A DNA stretch of 64,000 nucleotides from Hydrolagus affinis. Lineage: Eukaryota. Shown piece after piece: positions 24,843-38,500 of the stretch. Below the pieces are notes generated by a model. It saw only the letters and a list, made by a program, of their open reading frames with translations, ran no database searches and was not told where the DNA came from. The stretch covers positions 1 to 64,000 of the forward strand of contig JAAILG010000348.1 in assembly GCA_012026655.1 (NCBI GenBank). The letters are read 5' to 3'. A program made the position numbers and the translations under genes. Numbering within the stretch: the first letter of the stretch is position 1; every line of letters begins with the position of its first letter.

Positions 24843-26124
24843 CTTATGTGTTAAGGAGATAGTCATGTACCAGTGAGGTTGGCATCTTCCACAAATAGGA
24901 ACGTAAGTAACGCAATGAGTCATTTCACAGTTGGGACACGTAGCCATTTTTTTGAGTCACCAGCCTCCAGTTTAGAGCATGCTATATAGCAGTTGAGTTA
25001 TTTTTCACCATGTCTCCATGGCTGGTTGATACATGACTGGAGCACAGGGACTTGCAGATGGTGGTGTACCTTGAAGATACACAGAAAACAGCTGAGACCT
25101 TTCAGTTTCACTGTGCGACTCTGAAATTATGATTGTTTTATCGACTTGAATAAGTTTGTAGCTTTCACACAACAACCACAGGTTTTGCAGCCATGCAGAT
25201 TAACACTATTGCAGATGCTTTGATTTTGTTTTCACATTATTGCCCTGCCTCTCAGAGTAGAATCTGCATAATTTATTAAATAAATTAGCTATGAAGCAAC
25301 GCATAAATAATACCCAGTGCTATTGGCTGGCAGGTAAATTGAACTGGAGTGGCACATTCATACCGTGGGGACTTACATACCATAGATATGTTTTTGATCA
25401 AATAGTCTGGCTCATGCAGGCAAGGCATTAAAGTAGTTTGCAGAAACACACCGATAATTTAGACTAGTGGGAAATATACTTCCGAAGCAACGATCACGCA
25501 ACATCTAGGTTTCTTGTTCTTTGTTACAAAATATGTTTGCACTGCTTTAACATATTCAAGGTTCATGAGATGGGGTGTGTTTCTGCTGCTTATGTCTGAG
25601 TATAAAATTGTATCTATGGTGCACGATAGAAACGAGACTAAGCATAACTCTTCATCTAACTGTGTCTACAACATCAGGGCTAATATTTGATCCCCGTGAA
25701 TCCTTCTTTATAATTCAAATCAAATAAGAGAGGGCAAAGAGAAAACAGGAAAATATTGAAATATGTAGCAGGATCATTGAGATCTGAAAGAGAAAGCTAA
25801 CAATTACTGCTATAGGTTTACTCTTGACAGTTTTATCGAATTTCAGGAATATTACTCCAGCTTCTTCAGATACTGATTATCATTTTACACAAATGGCACA
25901 TTTCATTAAATAAAATGTTATTGGTAGATAACGAATTACCTTAAGGTTTCATTGCTAAATCTAAAGGCTGTTTCATTTGTATTCACCAGGTCCTTTAAAA
26001 TATTGGTATACAGTAGGACATTGATTCCTGCATCTCCCGAGCATAAAATAACACTGGTTGCAAGCCACAATTGTCGGAGTACTTCCTTTGAGAAAGTAAA
26101 TGACTTTTCCATTTGATCACCCAA

Positions 26125-26330
26125 TCGGAATTCAGGCCATTAGAAATACAGTTATGGTCACCTTGATATCAGGACCCTGCCCAGACTCGGGAGGCAGAAA
26201 AGTGTAGAGCAACAAGGATAATTCCCGAGGTCGAGGGAATGAGCTATGAGCCATGCATAGGCAGCTAGGATTATTCAGCCTTGAGAGGAGATGCCTCAAA
26301 GGTCACCTTATCAAGGTGTTCGAAGATTTC
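26125..26330 (+). mobile_element. CR1 LINE ORF2 C-terminal fragment
   Basis: Conceptual translation RATRIIPEVEGMSYE...LGLFSLERRCLKGHLIKVF, the typical CR1 ORF2 motif. Confidence 0.8.
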
Positions 26331-26339
26331 TATTAAATA

Positions 26340-26500
26340 TTTCCAAGGCTCCACTCTGCTGTCACTGCCCTACATTTCAGCCCTTGGATATGCCTGTTTC
26401 CTCCTGCCCTTACCTCAATTTTTGGAATTGTGGTCAATTCAACCACTTCAGTGTTTACAGTAGTTACCTGATTGACAACATTGAGCATCCTCCCGGCCTT
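26340..26500 (+). mobile_element. Degenerate L2 RT fragment
   Basis: QGSTLLSLPYISALG resembles the PQGSVLGP.LF..Y..PLG RT motif. Confidence 0.45.
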
Positions 26501-27786
26501 CCTTCTTTTATGCATACATTATTAATTTTACTACTTTAGAATGTGATACAGTACCACAGCCATTTCTTCTCACTCTGCTGGATGACTCCGTCGCTTTCCC
26601 ACGACCACAAACATTTCAGCTGAGGCTGTTTCCACATGACATCCATGAGGGAATGCTAATGGCATTTGTGAGCATCCTCAGAGACTGGTACCATTAGCCC
26701 TGCAACTATTGGTTACTAAATAACATTCCCTACAATCTTTATTGCTTTCTCTACCCAAAGATTACTATTTCTCACATGAGTAGCTTCACAGTTTGGCAAA
26801 TGGAAATGGCAATGTTTTTGCAGCTCAGTGTGTGGATTAGTCCCTTGGCCTCAACTAGAATTGCTTTCAGCATTCTGCATTTGCATTTCCAACAACTGAA
26901 AATCACACCTGTCATTACAAATATAGTCTACATAACCAAATTGTAAGAACAGGAGTGCACTTATCATCTTCTATCAGTGTTATCAGTTCATTGTTGATTC
27001 TTTATCTTTCTAATCTTTCTAATGATTTTGCTGTCTTTTCTCTACAATATCTGATACTCTGCTTTCTAAATTACCCTTCTTATCTCACTCTTAAATCTCT
27101 CAAATTATTCTGCATATATTAGGGTCAAGGGCACTGAGCAGGCAAGTTAAGATTGGATCATTTGCGTCTGTGGAGAAAAACACTTGGACAGACTTGATGG
27201 GCGAGATATTCTGCCCCTATGTTATAGCACAATTTGTTGTCAAACTTTATATATTAAATAAATGTACGGTAGACTGAAAATGTTAGAAATAAGCACATTC
27301 TCACAGTGGAAATATTGGTCCCCAAAGAAACAAAATGCAGTCTTTGAACTATTGCAACTGCTTCCTTTATGTCTGACCCTAGACCATGCACTTGAAATCT
27401 CGATGAGAAGCCAGCTAACAAGAATGATCTATTTGTTCTTTGATTGTCATGAGAAATCACATTGGAATCGGGCATCAAGGAGATTGCTGTTGCCCCAACA
27501 TTGGCAAAACACTTTTTGTTTTAAAATGATGTCATGGTCCCTTTACAATGAACATTACATCTCAGAATGCCTCTTGTGAATAGATATTTTGACAGGCTTC
27601 TTTGCTTTGTTGTGATTACACAAGATGGCATCAGTAGAAACACCAGGAGAGCGTGTGAAACCAGACCCTCAAGAAAGGGATGTGCTCCTTACAGATATAG
27701 GCATCAATCTCAAAGTTCCCAGAACTACTGAAGTAGAGCATTCAAGCAAATCCTTCTGTTAAGTAGCTGCCTGCTCTTTGTGCCCT

Positions 27787-28418
27787 ACAACAACAACAAA
27801 ATCACAGTTCTACAGCGCCTTTCACATCAGGAGGATGTCCCAAGCACTGGACAGTCATTGTTTCAGCTGGGGACAGGGTGGGGGGGGGTGGGGCGGGGGG
27901 AATTAGGAGTAGCCAATGGGACCTTCGAAGAGGAGGGTCTTGATGGTGGGACTGGAATGAGGCAAGGGATGGTGTGAGGTGGAGCGACTGCGGGATGGAG
28001 TTCCAGAGGTTGGGAGCAGAGTGGCTAAAGGCTCGTCCGCCAATGGTGGGACAGGTAGGTCGGGGACGTGGAGCAGGCTGGAGTTTTAGCGGCCTTGGGG
28101 CTAAGGTGGTAGCGAAGTCGGACAATATTGCGGAGATGAGGGAAGGCAGAGCGAGTCATTGCTTGGATGTGGGGGAGGAAAGACAGTTGAGGATCGAACA
28201 GGATACCTAGGTTCCTGACAGGCTTGATGAGGTTGAGCGAGCAACCATGGAGGTTGATGCTGCTAGCACCTGATGCGTGAAAGCACTGGCATGAGTTAAT
28301 CAGTAGGGCCTCTGTCTTGTTGTCATTCAATTGTAGAAAGTTAGCTCTCATCCAGGACTTGATGTCTGACAGATAGTCTCTAGGACAGTAGTAGTTCTGG
28401 AGTCGAGGGTGGAGGCAA
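27787..28418 (-). mobile_element. 5'-truncated L2 (CR1/L2 clade) LINE
   Basis: ORF fragments LSDIKSWMRANFLQLNDNKTEALLI, VRNLGILFDPQLSF and GGRAFSHSAPNLWNSIP; tail ...gacatcctcctgatgtgaaaggcgctgtag...(ttg)n. Confidence 0.93.
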
Positions 28419-28480
28419 ATCTTTAAATGATTTTCTTTTTCACACTTCCTGGCTTCAATGTTGTCTTTATTATAACTAAA

Positions 28481-28850
28481 CATTGCATTTTAGGAAGTGT
28501 CTTATCACATCATCAAATTATCAAAGCCCTTCATAGGATTTACTGTAAAGTGTAGCGACTGTGTATTTTGTAGGCAAATGTGGGAAATAGTGGTAACAGC
28601 AAATGTGGGGGACTATTGTCCACTACAGTAGGAGGAAAAGCACCCCTCTTGTACCAAATAATGCCGTGGTATCTTTAACATCCATACGTACAGGTAAATG
28701 GGTCCTCTGACAAGGATCTCCCAGCAAATCTCCCAGCATTGTACTTGTACATCAGCCTGGACTACAGCCTTTAAAACCCAATTTGGGGCTGATTAAACCA
28801 CAATGTCTGACTCAGAGGTGATAGTGTTATCAACTGAGGCAGGCTGACAC
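28481..28850 (-). mobile_element. Deu-domain tRNA-SINE, near full length, old
   Basis: Reverse-strand head gtgtcagcctgcctcagttgataacactatcacctctgagtcagac; body includes ggatgttaaagataccacggcattatttg; L2-type tail at 28481-28560. Confidence 0.7.
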
Positions 28851-29569
28851 TTTACTCTGAACAGGTGGGAGAAAATGCAACCTTTTTTTTGAATATTCCA
28901 TTGTAAAGTATTTCGAGAGTCTTCTGAAATCACTCTCCTGGTCTTATGCAAAATCAATTGTCATTCAAAGATCACCATCAATAAGTGGAATCCTGCATGA
29001 CTCAGCTCACAAAGGTCGGAGTTTTAATTGATGCTCTTTGCAAAGTTAACTGATTTTAGCTGGGTGTTATATTTGGTTTCATTGTCACCAGATAAAGAAG
29101 TGGGATAATCGTCCAGGTTCCCGCTCGTGATCATTATTGTTGGAGAAGTTGCAGCAGGGCTGCTGCTATTGGGTTACCTTTCTTATGAACTATTGATACT
29201 AAATTCAGTCTAAGTGGGATTACAGAACAAAGGTGATTATTGGCCTTTGAACCATTGTCTTAAAATATACGATTGGATGTGACCCTGAAGAAACACCTCT
29301 TTTACTATTAGAATATTTTCGATTGAGGGCTCAATGCTGAAAGCTGTGGACTTCATAAGTCCCTGTAATAAGTCCCTGTAATGTAACACATTTCTGCTTT
29401 TTAAAATATACATCATATATATAGAATATATATGTAGCTAAAAAGTATATTTGGATTATCAGGGGATGAGATACTAAGATCCATAGGTTTAAAGGAATAA
29501 ATTAAAGTTGTTATTTTACATTGATTTTTTTTAAAGATGTTTTTAAATGCAACTGTATCAGAGTATCAG

Positions 29570-29880
29570 GATTATCAGTGCTACCTGCACTGGCTCAGAC
29601 CCTCAGCATGCTCTACCTTATTCTCAGTGGATGCTTTTTCAGCTAATTTGCCCCACATTTTTGGAACTCTCTTCTGAAACCCACTCTCTCTTATCTGAAA
29701 ACCCTTCCCTTTGGGTATGCTTTGGCCACCCTTACTCAGCCTCCCCCTCCTTCCCAGCTCCCACTCAGTATTTATCAAGAATTTTGTGACATTCTCCCGA
29801 TATGAAAGACGCTACATAAGTGCAGATTAAATGCTTTTGGATGTCCTCTCGGTGTGAAAATACTCTATAATTTTAAATTT
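29570..29880 (+). mobile_element. Degenerate L2 3' fragment with two tail remnants
   Basis: ttcagctaatttgccccacatttttggaactctcttc (AP..WNSL motif) followed by gacattctcccgatatgaaagacgcta and a second gatgtcctctcggtgtgaaa. Confidence 0.6.
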
Positions 29881-30249
29881 TTGTGACCTTGTTGACACCT
29901 CCCAATCGGTTTCTACTGAAAATGTCAACAACCGAGACTGCTGAGAGGGAGAGATTTGGAAAAGCAAGAGAAAAAAACAGGAAAACCGTTCACTATTCTC
30001 AACAGTTAATTTTTGACAAAGCTTCCAATATTGCTAGTGCCTCTTTAATTTCTGTTGTCACTGTTGGGTATGTTGATTTTCTTGCAGTTGTTTGCATTTG
30101 CTTGATTTTTAGGTCAACTGTGTACTGTAGTGCTTCCAGAGGAAATTTACTTTGCTTGAGGCTAATTATGTGGTAATGTGCTATCATGTGTCTATTTATT
30201 CTTATGACATCCGGCATGGGATGATTAATCATCACATAATTAATTTGCT

Positions 30250-30545
30250 TTTCAGTTTAAATGAACCGTCAAAGAGGAACATCTCAGGCTGCAAAAGCTC
30301 TAAAGCATTGATTGAGCATTGAAGGCAATAAATTGATATTATTGGGAGTTTCTCTTCATGTCCTTGCCAACAATCCTCCAAATAAGATTGGTCATGTCGA
30401 CATGACTGTTTTGGGGATATTGCTGTGCACAAATTGGCTGCTATGTTCACCTGTAAAATTAACAAACGGTGCATCATGTGAAACTCTTTCAGACACCCGC
30501 CCAATGTGAAAGGCATTGTATCCAATGTAAGTATTATTATGTTAT
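30250..30545 (+). mobile_element. Deu-domain SINE 3' half
   Basis: gggagtttctcttcatgtccttgccaac...ggggatattgctgtgcacaaattggctgctatgttc...gtgaaaggcattgtatccaatgtaagtattattat. Confidence 0.7.
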
Positions 30546-31416
30546 AGTGGCAATGGCACAGGATTGCCACCTTGATTTTTGACCTTGTTATCATTTGTGA
30601 TCAAATCTAAATATTCGAAAATCTGTATCACCTTGGGAGAGGGCTAAAAAAACCACCCGCGAGCCAGTTCCCCAGGTGTAGGATAGTCACTGGCCAGAAC
30701 GTAATTAATCTCCATGAAATTCTCCAGCCTTCATAAATCAAAACAATGCACTGCGCTATCTATATAATAGTTGTTTTCGTATTACTTGCTTTTATGTACC
30801 ACATTCTGTGCTTTGAACTGTTTGAAAACTATTCTAGCACAATAAACCTGCTTCAGAAGCTTCTGTTGGATGGTTTGTAACTGCCATTTCCTTAATAAAT
30901 TTGTGAATAATTGTTGTGCTGTCTTGTACCAGGGCTGAAAAAACGATTCTTTGTGCTTTACCTTTAAAATGGAATACAATACTCTTTTGAGCAATCAGCG
31001 CAAAGTAGTCATTTGGTCTAAAATGCAATGGTAAGTCACTGTTAATTACTGAATGCATTTGAAATCTGGTACCATTCGATGCAAGAAGTAAGCAGCTCAC
31101 CAGTCATGTTATATGTTGCCCCAGTTGTGAAACGATTTAAACGTTCAGTTTATTTCATGCCTACATTCTGATCAGAGAGCAGATCAATGATACAGATCAA
31201 GTAAAGATGGATGACCAAGGTGAGTGGTGCGTTCTTCCTAACGAGCTCAAAAACTCAACCCCTGAACCAAATGCATTAAGAACGTGTCTTAACAAAAGAG
31301 AGTCGCCAGAGTGCATACTCTGCATGTGATCACCAATGGGTCAAGCTAAAGAAGCAACAATCAATACAGGCATCACATCGAGTGCAAGTGAGAGGAGATG
31401 GCAAACAATCACAAGG

Positions 31417-31930
31417 TGAGAAATTGTTTCTAAGCTCTGAATATGGCAGATCTGTGACCGAGCATTGCCTGCATATTAAAGTAAAGTACAAAGGAGTATG
31501 GTGAAAATAATTACGGTAAAATGGAAATCAAATTCCGATCAATTCCAAGGAGGTTTATAAAAGAAGTAGAGGAGCTGAAAGAGCATTGAGCCCATGACTA
31601 TAGGCGGTCACATCAAGGATAAAGTAGAAAGTCGGTCTGAGACAAGAGACATCTATTATGAAAAGAAGAACCAAGATGAGAAATTGTTTCTAGTTCTGAA
31701 TATGGCAGATCTGTGACTGAGCATTGCCTGCATATTAAAGTGCAAAGGAGTATCATGAAAATAATTAAGGTAAAATGGAAGTAAAATTCCGATCAATTCC
31801 AAGGAGGTTTATAAAAGAAATAGAAGAGGAGCTGAAAGAGCATTGAGCCCATGACCATAGGCGGTCACATCAAGGATAAAGTAGAAAGTCGGTCTGAGAC
31901 AAGAGACATCTATTATGAAAAGAAGAACCC
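31417..31930. repeat. Tandem duplication, period 260 bp (31417-31676 and 31677-31930)
   Basis: Both units run tgagaaattgtttcta...gacaagagacatctattatgaaaagaagaacc with only scattered substitutions and small indels. Confidence 0.97.
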
Positions 31931-32699
31931 AGGAGGTTTTTCATCTGCTACAGTAAATTTCAGGAACAAGGTCTAGCAGTTCCTGCAATTGCTTTTCGTC
32001 TGCTTGTGGGTTCAGCAACAGGCAAGTTCACATTGCTGCTGCTATTATGGGATCACAGGTGTTGAATTACTGGGATCGCAGTTCTACTTCACATGGATTT
32101 CAGCTTTAACTCCTCACTTTGGAAAAAAAACCCACATAGAAATAACTAAGAGACGATGAAGTGAACATCCAGTTGCATTTTGTACTGTTTACTCTGATAT
32201 TCATTATGAAACCCAACAACAACAACAATAACTTCGATTTATATAGTGTCCTCCACGCCGGACGGCATCTCGGAGCGCTTTGACCAATTGCCTACACTGA
32301 GCGAAATAGGGATATGGTGAAATACAGCATTGCAATTAATATATATATAAAGTCTCTTGTCAACTGCTGTGAATTTAGTAATAATAATCCTTGCATTTGA
32401 TATAACGCCTTATCGTGACTCCAAGGTATTTAGTTTTTACAAAGAGCCACTAAGAGGCAGGTAGCATAGATATGAACTATATTACTCCCTCCCCAAAGTC
32501 ACTTAGACATAAAGCAAAAGTATCAGTGTGTTTCAGTAGATTACCACGAATTGAGTACAGGAATGCTGCCTTGATCCATCATTCATCAAGTCCAAATGAA
32601 CCTAAACTCCACTGCCTGTATACTCACCACTGCCTGTATACTCACCACTCACACAATCCACAAGTCCAGCATCACAATCCTTGTTTGACACCTTCAGCT

Positions 32700-33190
32700 A
32701 CACTGTCTCCCAAAAGATCGATTTCAAGGTCCTCACCCTCGCCTATGAATCTTCACACTCTACTACCTCCTTATTACAGTACTATGACCTTCTTCTCTGC
32801 TTTGACCAGTCTTTGTTTCGCAAACTCAGACCAGCTACATGTCCTGTCCCATAGTCAGTGATTGAACATTCAACAAACAACAAACAAACAAATCTTACAT
32901 TTATTAAGCGCCTTTCACGTCGAGAGGACGTCCCAAGGCGCTGTACAGTCAGGTAAGGACAAGAGCAGCGGGAGAGGAGTCGGCTAACCTCTGGCACTCT
33001 ACCCGTCTATTTTGCCACCTTTCTACCAGTCTACCAGTCTACCAGTCTAAATCCTTCCTAAACGCCTACATGTTTGACTGTGCCTAACATCTTGTTTCTC
33101 TCTTCCCTTTCTCCCTTTTGCCCCATCATTGTGAAGCACTCCGAGATGCCATCTTGCGTGAAAGGTGCAACCTGAATGTAGTTGTTCCAC
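32700..33190 (+). mobile_element. Degenerate L2 3' region interrupted by an inverted L2 tail (32880-32945, - strand)
   Basis: caaaagatcgatttcaaggtcctcaccctcgcctat (.IDFKVLTLAY); tail remnant gaagcactccgagatgccatcttgcgtgaaaggtgcaa...gttgtt; inverted tail aagcgcctttcacgtcgagaggacgtcccaaggcgctg. Confidence 0.65.
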
Positions 33191-35889
33191 ACTGCTCATT
33201 CATTGTTGAATTACACAGATTTCTTCACTTTTCTTTAGTGTATAAAAATAAATTTGGACCCACCAATGCCAAAGAACACTGCCTTAAACTTTGGAATTAA
33301 ACTCAACACATTGAACATCCTTCATGTGAAAAGAAACATAAAGGAATGTAACAACGGAAGTGAAAGAAAACATGTTTTGATTAAGCTCATATCGGGGAGA
33401 AATTTAAAACATTTTGGATAAATGTTTATTCTGTTTAAAAAAAAATCACTCAGAAACAAAATGTCAATGGTTGCTTAAAGTTATTGACCTTGTTACTGTG
33501 ACCTTAAATTGGGAAATCTTACCATAAAAGCACTGCCAGGATCAGTAACTTTACTGACCAGAGAGAACATGTTTTCTTGAAGGTTTCACTTGAAATTCGA
33601 TCCATTCAAAGAGGAAGCAGAGGAGGAAAATTAATACTCATGTACTGTACTTTGAAATATTTTTAGAAACCAAAAGAAACTGTGACCTGCATCTGATCAC
33701 TTGGTGATCTTGTGGCACAGTGCGGTGTGATGCTTTGTAAGCTGATAAGTTTAATGCACTTCTATGATTTAATAATGGGAAATCCCATTGACGGTTGACA
33801 CTATCAAAGTGCACTAAATGTAAGGGCATATTGAACAATTCCTCTATAGTCACCTTGTGTCACTGGTGCTAATGAGTCATGTGTCAAGTTTGCTCTGGTC
33901 ATATAATATAATTTTTTTTAACCTCATACTATATTTGGGTTCAGTTCAATGGAAACCCAGTCAAATTTATTTTCCTAGCTTGTTGCTTTCTCTTTCCTAC
34001 TCCAACAAGAAGTGCTAATGTCAAGCATTATAAATAAGTCTTGTTCTTTGTTATCTGATGAGGGTGTTCCCTTCCTTTCCTTACACACTCTATCAAGATG
34101 ACACTGAGACTCCAAAAACAAAAGGAAACTGTCAGATACAATGAAGGTTAAGGTAATTATTTGTGATTTAAAAGTATGTGCTCCTTTGATGCAGAGGGAA
34201 AGGATCTTACAGTGCAACATTAACATAGAAATCAATATGTGGGAGACTATTTTTCAAAAATTCCATGGAAGATTTACATTGTAAATTTGAGGCTGTATTT
34301 ACCCCCCATAATTTAAACTGAGTAATCTTTCGAGGAAGTTGCACATGATCAAGACCCCTTTATTACAGATGGTGTATTTTCAGCAGGTGATGTGCGCAGC
34401 TGAAGATAATGGCTTAGCATGGCTTAGCATTTCTGAAACTCATTCATTTCAATGCGAAAGCTTTTAGTGGATTTGATGTGACGTTCATGAATTGCTATTT
34501 TCTGTCTCATTCTCGCGCATAAACTTCCCAAACTTGAAGCAAGCTCATCTCCGCTCCCAGGAGCTTAACATTAAACATTAAAGAGATAAATCAATAACAA
34601 GCAATTTTACATATCTGGCATTATCTGCTGGATGTGGATCTGCTGGAGATTGGCGGATATATCTCAGTAGAGAAGAAATAGATGTATTGCATATAAAGCC
34701 ACTGCTCTTTGCTGAACAATGTGACAGCTAATATGTATGTTAAAGAATGGAAAGACTTCTCTTTTTGTGCATACTTCTGTAGGTGATACATTTTTAAAGG
34801 CAAGAATCCCTGAGCATGTTTCAAACAATACTTTTCCACGTCAACAGCTAAAGAGGCCCAGAACTTCCTTACTGTTATCATAAAGGAATATTGTTCAACT
34901 TGTGCTCGGTTCAATCTAAACCAGGTTTGAAATGTGCTAATGCGTACTGTGTCACCAAACATGAGTGACTTTTAAAGAACATTGCGGGAAATCCACTTGT
35001 TCATATCATTCACGTGCATAAACTTTGAGACAAAATACACAGTCGCTTTACAGGATTTTACCTAAAGTGCAATGACTGTGTATTTTGTAGGCGAATGTAC
35101 CCATGAAGTGAATAATGAATTTTACCTGTGAGATTTTACATGAATATAAGTACTGTATGCAGAAAAATTACACATGAATTTGTGAGATTTATGTCCTTGG
35201 TGATAAGATTGTTGGTTTCGGCTATCATCAGAGTGATGTTGCTTGTTTTTAATGGGATAGTTAGTATCTAATCAAGTAATAATTTACGTGAAGGAGAATA
35301 CTGGGTTATAATTGAGAGGAAGCAGATTGATTGAAGGATGGGCTGACAAGGTCAAGTCCTTTAAATTGCTTGTCCTCAATTACAACATTCTGCATGGCCA
35401 CAAGTCATGATTGGTTTCCGAATATGCCTTGTTCATGTAATATCTAGAAACCGATTTTGAATGTTTCTTTGACATTTGCGGGCTCCGGATACGGGAGATT
35501 GAAGCAAAATTGTCTAATTATGCTCAATTACTAACTTAACGATGCCTTATTTTCAATACGAGAAGAGATTATGGAAAAATGTATTTCAGTTACTGGTACC
35601 ATTAATAGATGTCTCATTTGATATTGGTATCGCAGTCACCACAATGACTTTGTCCTGTCACACAAAGATATATTCCACTCAACAGTCTACATTCATTTCC
35701 TCTATCAGAATCAAGAAAAACTTAGTAAACAATAGCATATGTTATCAAGGGAAGCATAACATAGCTTCAATCTGGGACAAAGCAATAGCACGTCCATGAG
35801 TTTGAATGAATGTGTTTTTCAGTATAATCCGAACCCAAGGTTTACGGTGCCCATGAAATGCCTTTCAGTCTCTCTTGTTTTTATTTCCA

Positions 35890-36045
35890 CTAATCCTTGC
35901 ACTTGATACAGCACCTTATCATGTTGTTGAGACATCTCAAAGGATGTGACAGGGTTTTAATGTAAAGTGTTGTGATTGTGTGTTTTGTAGGAAAATGTGG
36001 CAAATTATTTGTATGCTCACAAGCAGCCATGAAGTGAATAGTGAA
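35890..36045 (-). mobile_element. SINE 3' fragment
   Basis: taatccttgcacttgatacagcaccttatcatgttgttgagacatctcaaag... Confidence 0.75.
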
Positions 36046-37961
36046 TATTATTGTGGCATTTTATGTTTTTTTTTGTATCCTAAATACAGAGTTCATAGAA
36101 ACAGGGTATGATTCTATTTTTCAAGATAGGTGAAGTTTTCTGTTATAGGTTTTATAGTTGGTAGAGTTTCTTGTTATAGGTTTTACGGGAAACATTGTGA
36201 GTGGAAGGCTACTGTTACTCAACTTGAACTGAGGCCATATGAGGTCGTGGAATGTGAGCTGAAGCGTGACCTCTGGGATTTGAGCTGCAAATGACATTGG
36301 GTTTCATTTCGCTTTGTGTTTTTCAGAAACAACCCTTACATGTTATCTCGTGTTCGTCACCAGATTTTCGAAATCAAGTGCAACAAAGCTTCGAGCAGAG
36401 TTTGCTCATCCAGGCCTTGGTCCACTGCAGATCAGAGGCCCTCATATTTATCACATTTTTATGCATCAGACATTACCAACTACCAACTGATGCAGTTAAA
36501 GTACATTGACCTAAACCAACAAGGACTTGCATTTGTATTGTGTGCTTTATGTAAGATAACATCTTAGATACTTCACAAGGAAAAGAATCAGACTATGAGG
36601 GCATGAGAAGGGATAGGGGTTGTTGATGGGAAATATGGTAGGTTTGTATGCAAGATTTAAAGTTTTATAGAGAAGGGGTGAGGCAGAGAGCTAGAAAGAG
36701 TGAGTCCATAGCTGATGGCATATTGAAGGGACCTCTCAGAGTGTAGATTGCAGCAAGCCATGAATTTTCGATGGAAAGGAATGTACATCAGTCATTTTCA
36801 TTATTTAGAGTTTTGAATTATATCCTACAAAAGTCATATGTTTTTTTTAAAACAAGTATCTACTGTTTATTTTGTAGTTTTCCTTTTTTAATTAATTATA
36901 CCTAGCATGAATGCTCAATTCAAGGTAATATGCTTGTAGCCACTGGAGGGTGCAATCAAAGCTGAAGAGTGCTTAACAAATATATGTCAGGGTAAAATTG
37001 TGAAACCAGGTACTTTACAAAATCTCCGAAATGATTTTAACCTGGGATTTCTTGAAATTCCTGAAATTTTCAGAAAAATTAGAAAAATTAATTTTCTGAA
37101 ATTAGTGATTAGGAAATCACAAAATACAGAGTTACTCCACTACATTATGCCATGTGAAGCACTTTGGGATGTTGTCTTGATGTGAAATGCAAGAAAAAAT
37201 TATTTGTTGTTAACTAATTCTACAGCCGGGGTGCACTCAATCAATGGGAATTTGTCAGCGTGTAAGTGTCAATCATAAACTGATTAGACTTAAAAAGGAC
37301 AATAAAACAATCGAGTGGAACAGGTTACTATGGATGATCCGTGAAATTGGCAGTGCTCAGCCTCAATGGTTTATTTATGTTCCCTTTAATGAATCTAGAT
37401 GTATTACTTTTGCCCTTAAAATAAAATCTGGAAAGAGGTCACTTGAAAAGTTATTTAAGGATAATTTGAATGCTGGGTAGATTAATCAGATGTGCTCACA
37501 GTTGAATTTGAACCAACTGTGAAATTAATGGCCAGAATTAACTTCTTGTATGAAACTGAGAGGCTTTTCTTTTTGTGTATTCTAAAATAGCAAATCCAGG
37601 CGTTTAGGTTCAATATAAAGTCCCATCCCCAACTGTTAGAACAAGCATGTGCACTATCAATCCCTCACCATGGTTTCTGGTTTAGTTCTTCTTGTTCCAA
37701 TCTCAGTTTCTGCAACCCTTCAGCAGAAAATAAAAATAGGCCTTTAACTATGGTTATTTAATTGTATAACCACATTCATGTCAATGTCGTCCTTAATGAT
37801 GCAACCGTAGATGATTAGGTATTGGTGGTTCAGCTACATTTTATTTTATCAGTGTTCAGGTTAATCCATTCCAGTGCAGTACACGTCACTCTATAATTCA
37901 ACACTGAACAAAGAACAGCTCACTATTGCATTGGGTCAACAAGTCAGGCTATTATTTTGAG

Positions 37962-38100
37962 TGACACAAAATGCAAAATACTATAAATGCTGGAAATCTA
38001 AAACAAAAACAGAAATCGCTGGAAACACTCAGCAGGTCAGGCAGCATCTATGAAGAAAGGAAAGTGAGTCAACGTTTCAGGTCCATGAGCCTTTGACAAA
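37962..38100 (-). mobile_element. Penelope-like element terminal fragment (third copy)
   Basis: The reverse strand reads ...ggacctGAAACGTTgactcactttcctttcttcatagatgctgcctgacctgctgagtgtttccagcgatttctgtttttg, homologous to 14116-14200. Confidence 0.75.
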
Positions 38101-38500
38101 AGGGTGTTTCTGTTTTATTATTTTGAATTTACGGCTAGACTTCAGACACTCAATACATCTGACTCATTGTAATTAGACTAATAAGGGAAACAGGTCAAAC
38201 ATATACGAATGTGTGATGTTATTGAATGCTGTACTTAATATGCTCGCATGAGCTTTCTCTGGTTATCATGATTCAGCAGCAGATAGTGAGAGCCTCATAG
38301 ATGGGTGATGTATCAAGAAACATTTTGCAACTGGAAAACTTTAGAACCAATAGGTGCTCATTGACTGTACAGTAATTAGATGCTTACCGGAACCTTACAC
38401 AACTCAGAGTCATAAGCAACACTGTCAGCTTCTCAGTGCTAAATGTCGTTTCTCTTGACAATTAACGTTCCACTGCCCTGATTTTTTTCTTTTTATTCCT

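Noticed and set aside
37496-37522. Short 9-bp inverted repeats (also ~47501, ~55230, ~58751)
   Set aside because: Stems this short are expected by chance in 64 kb of AT-rich DNA
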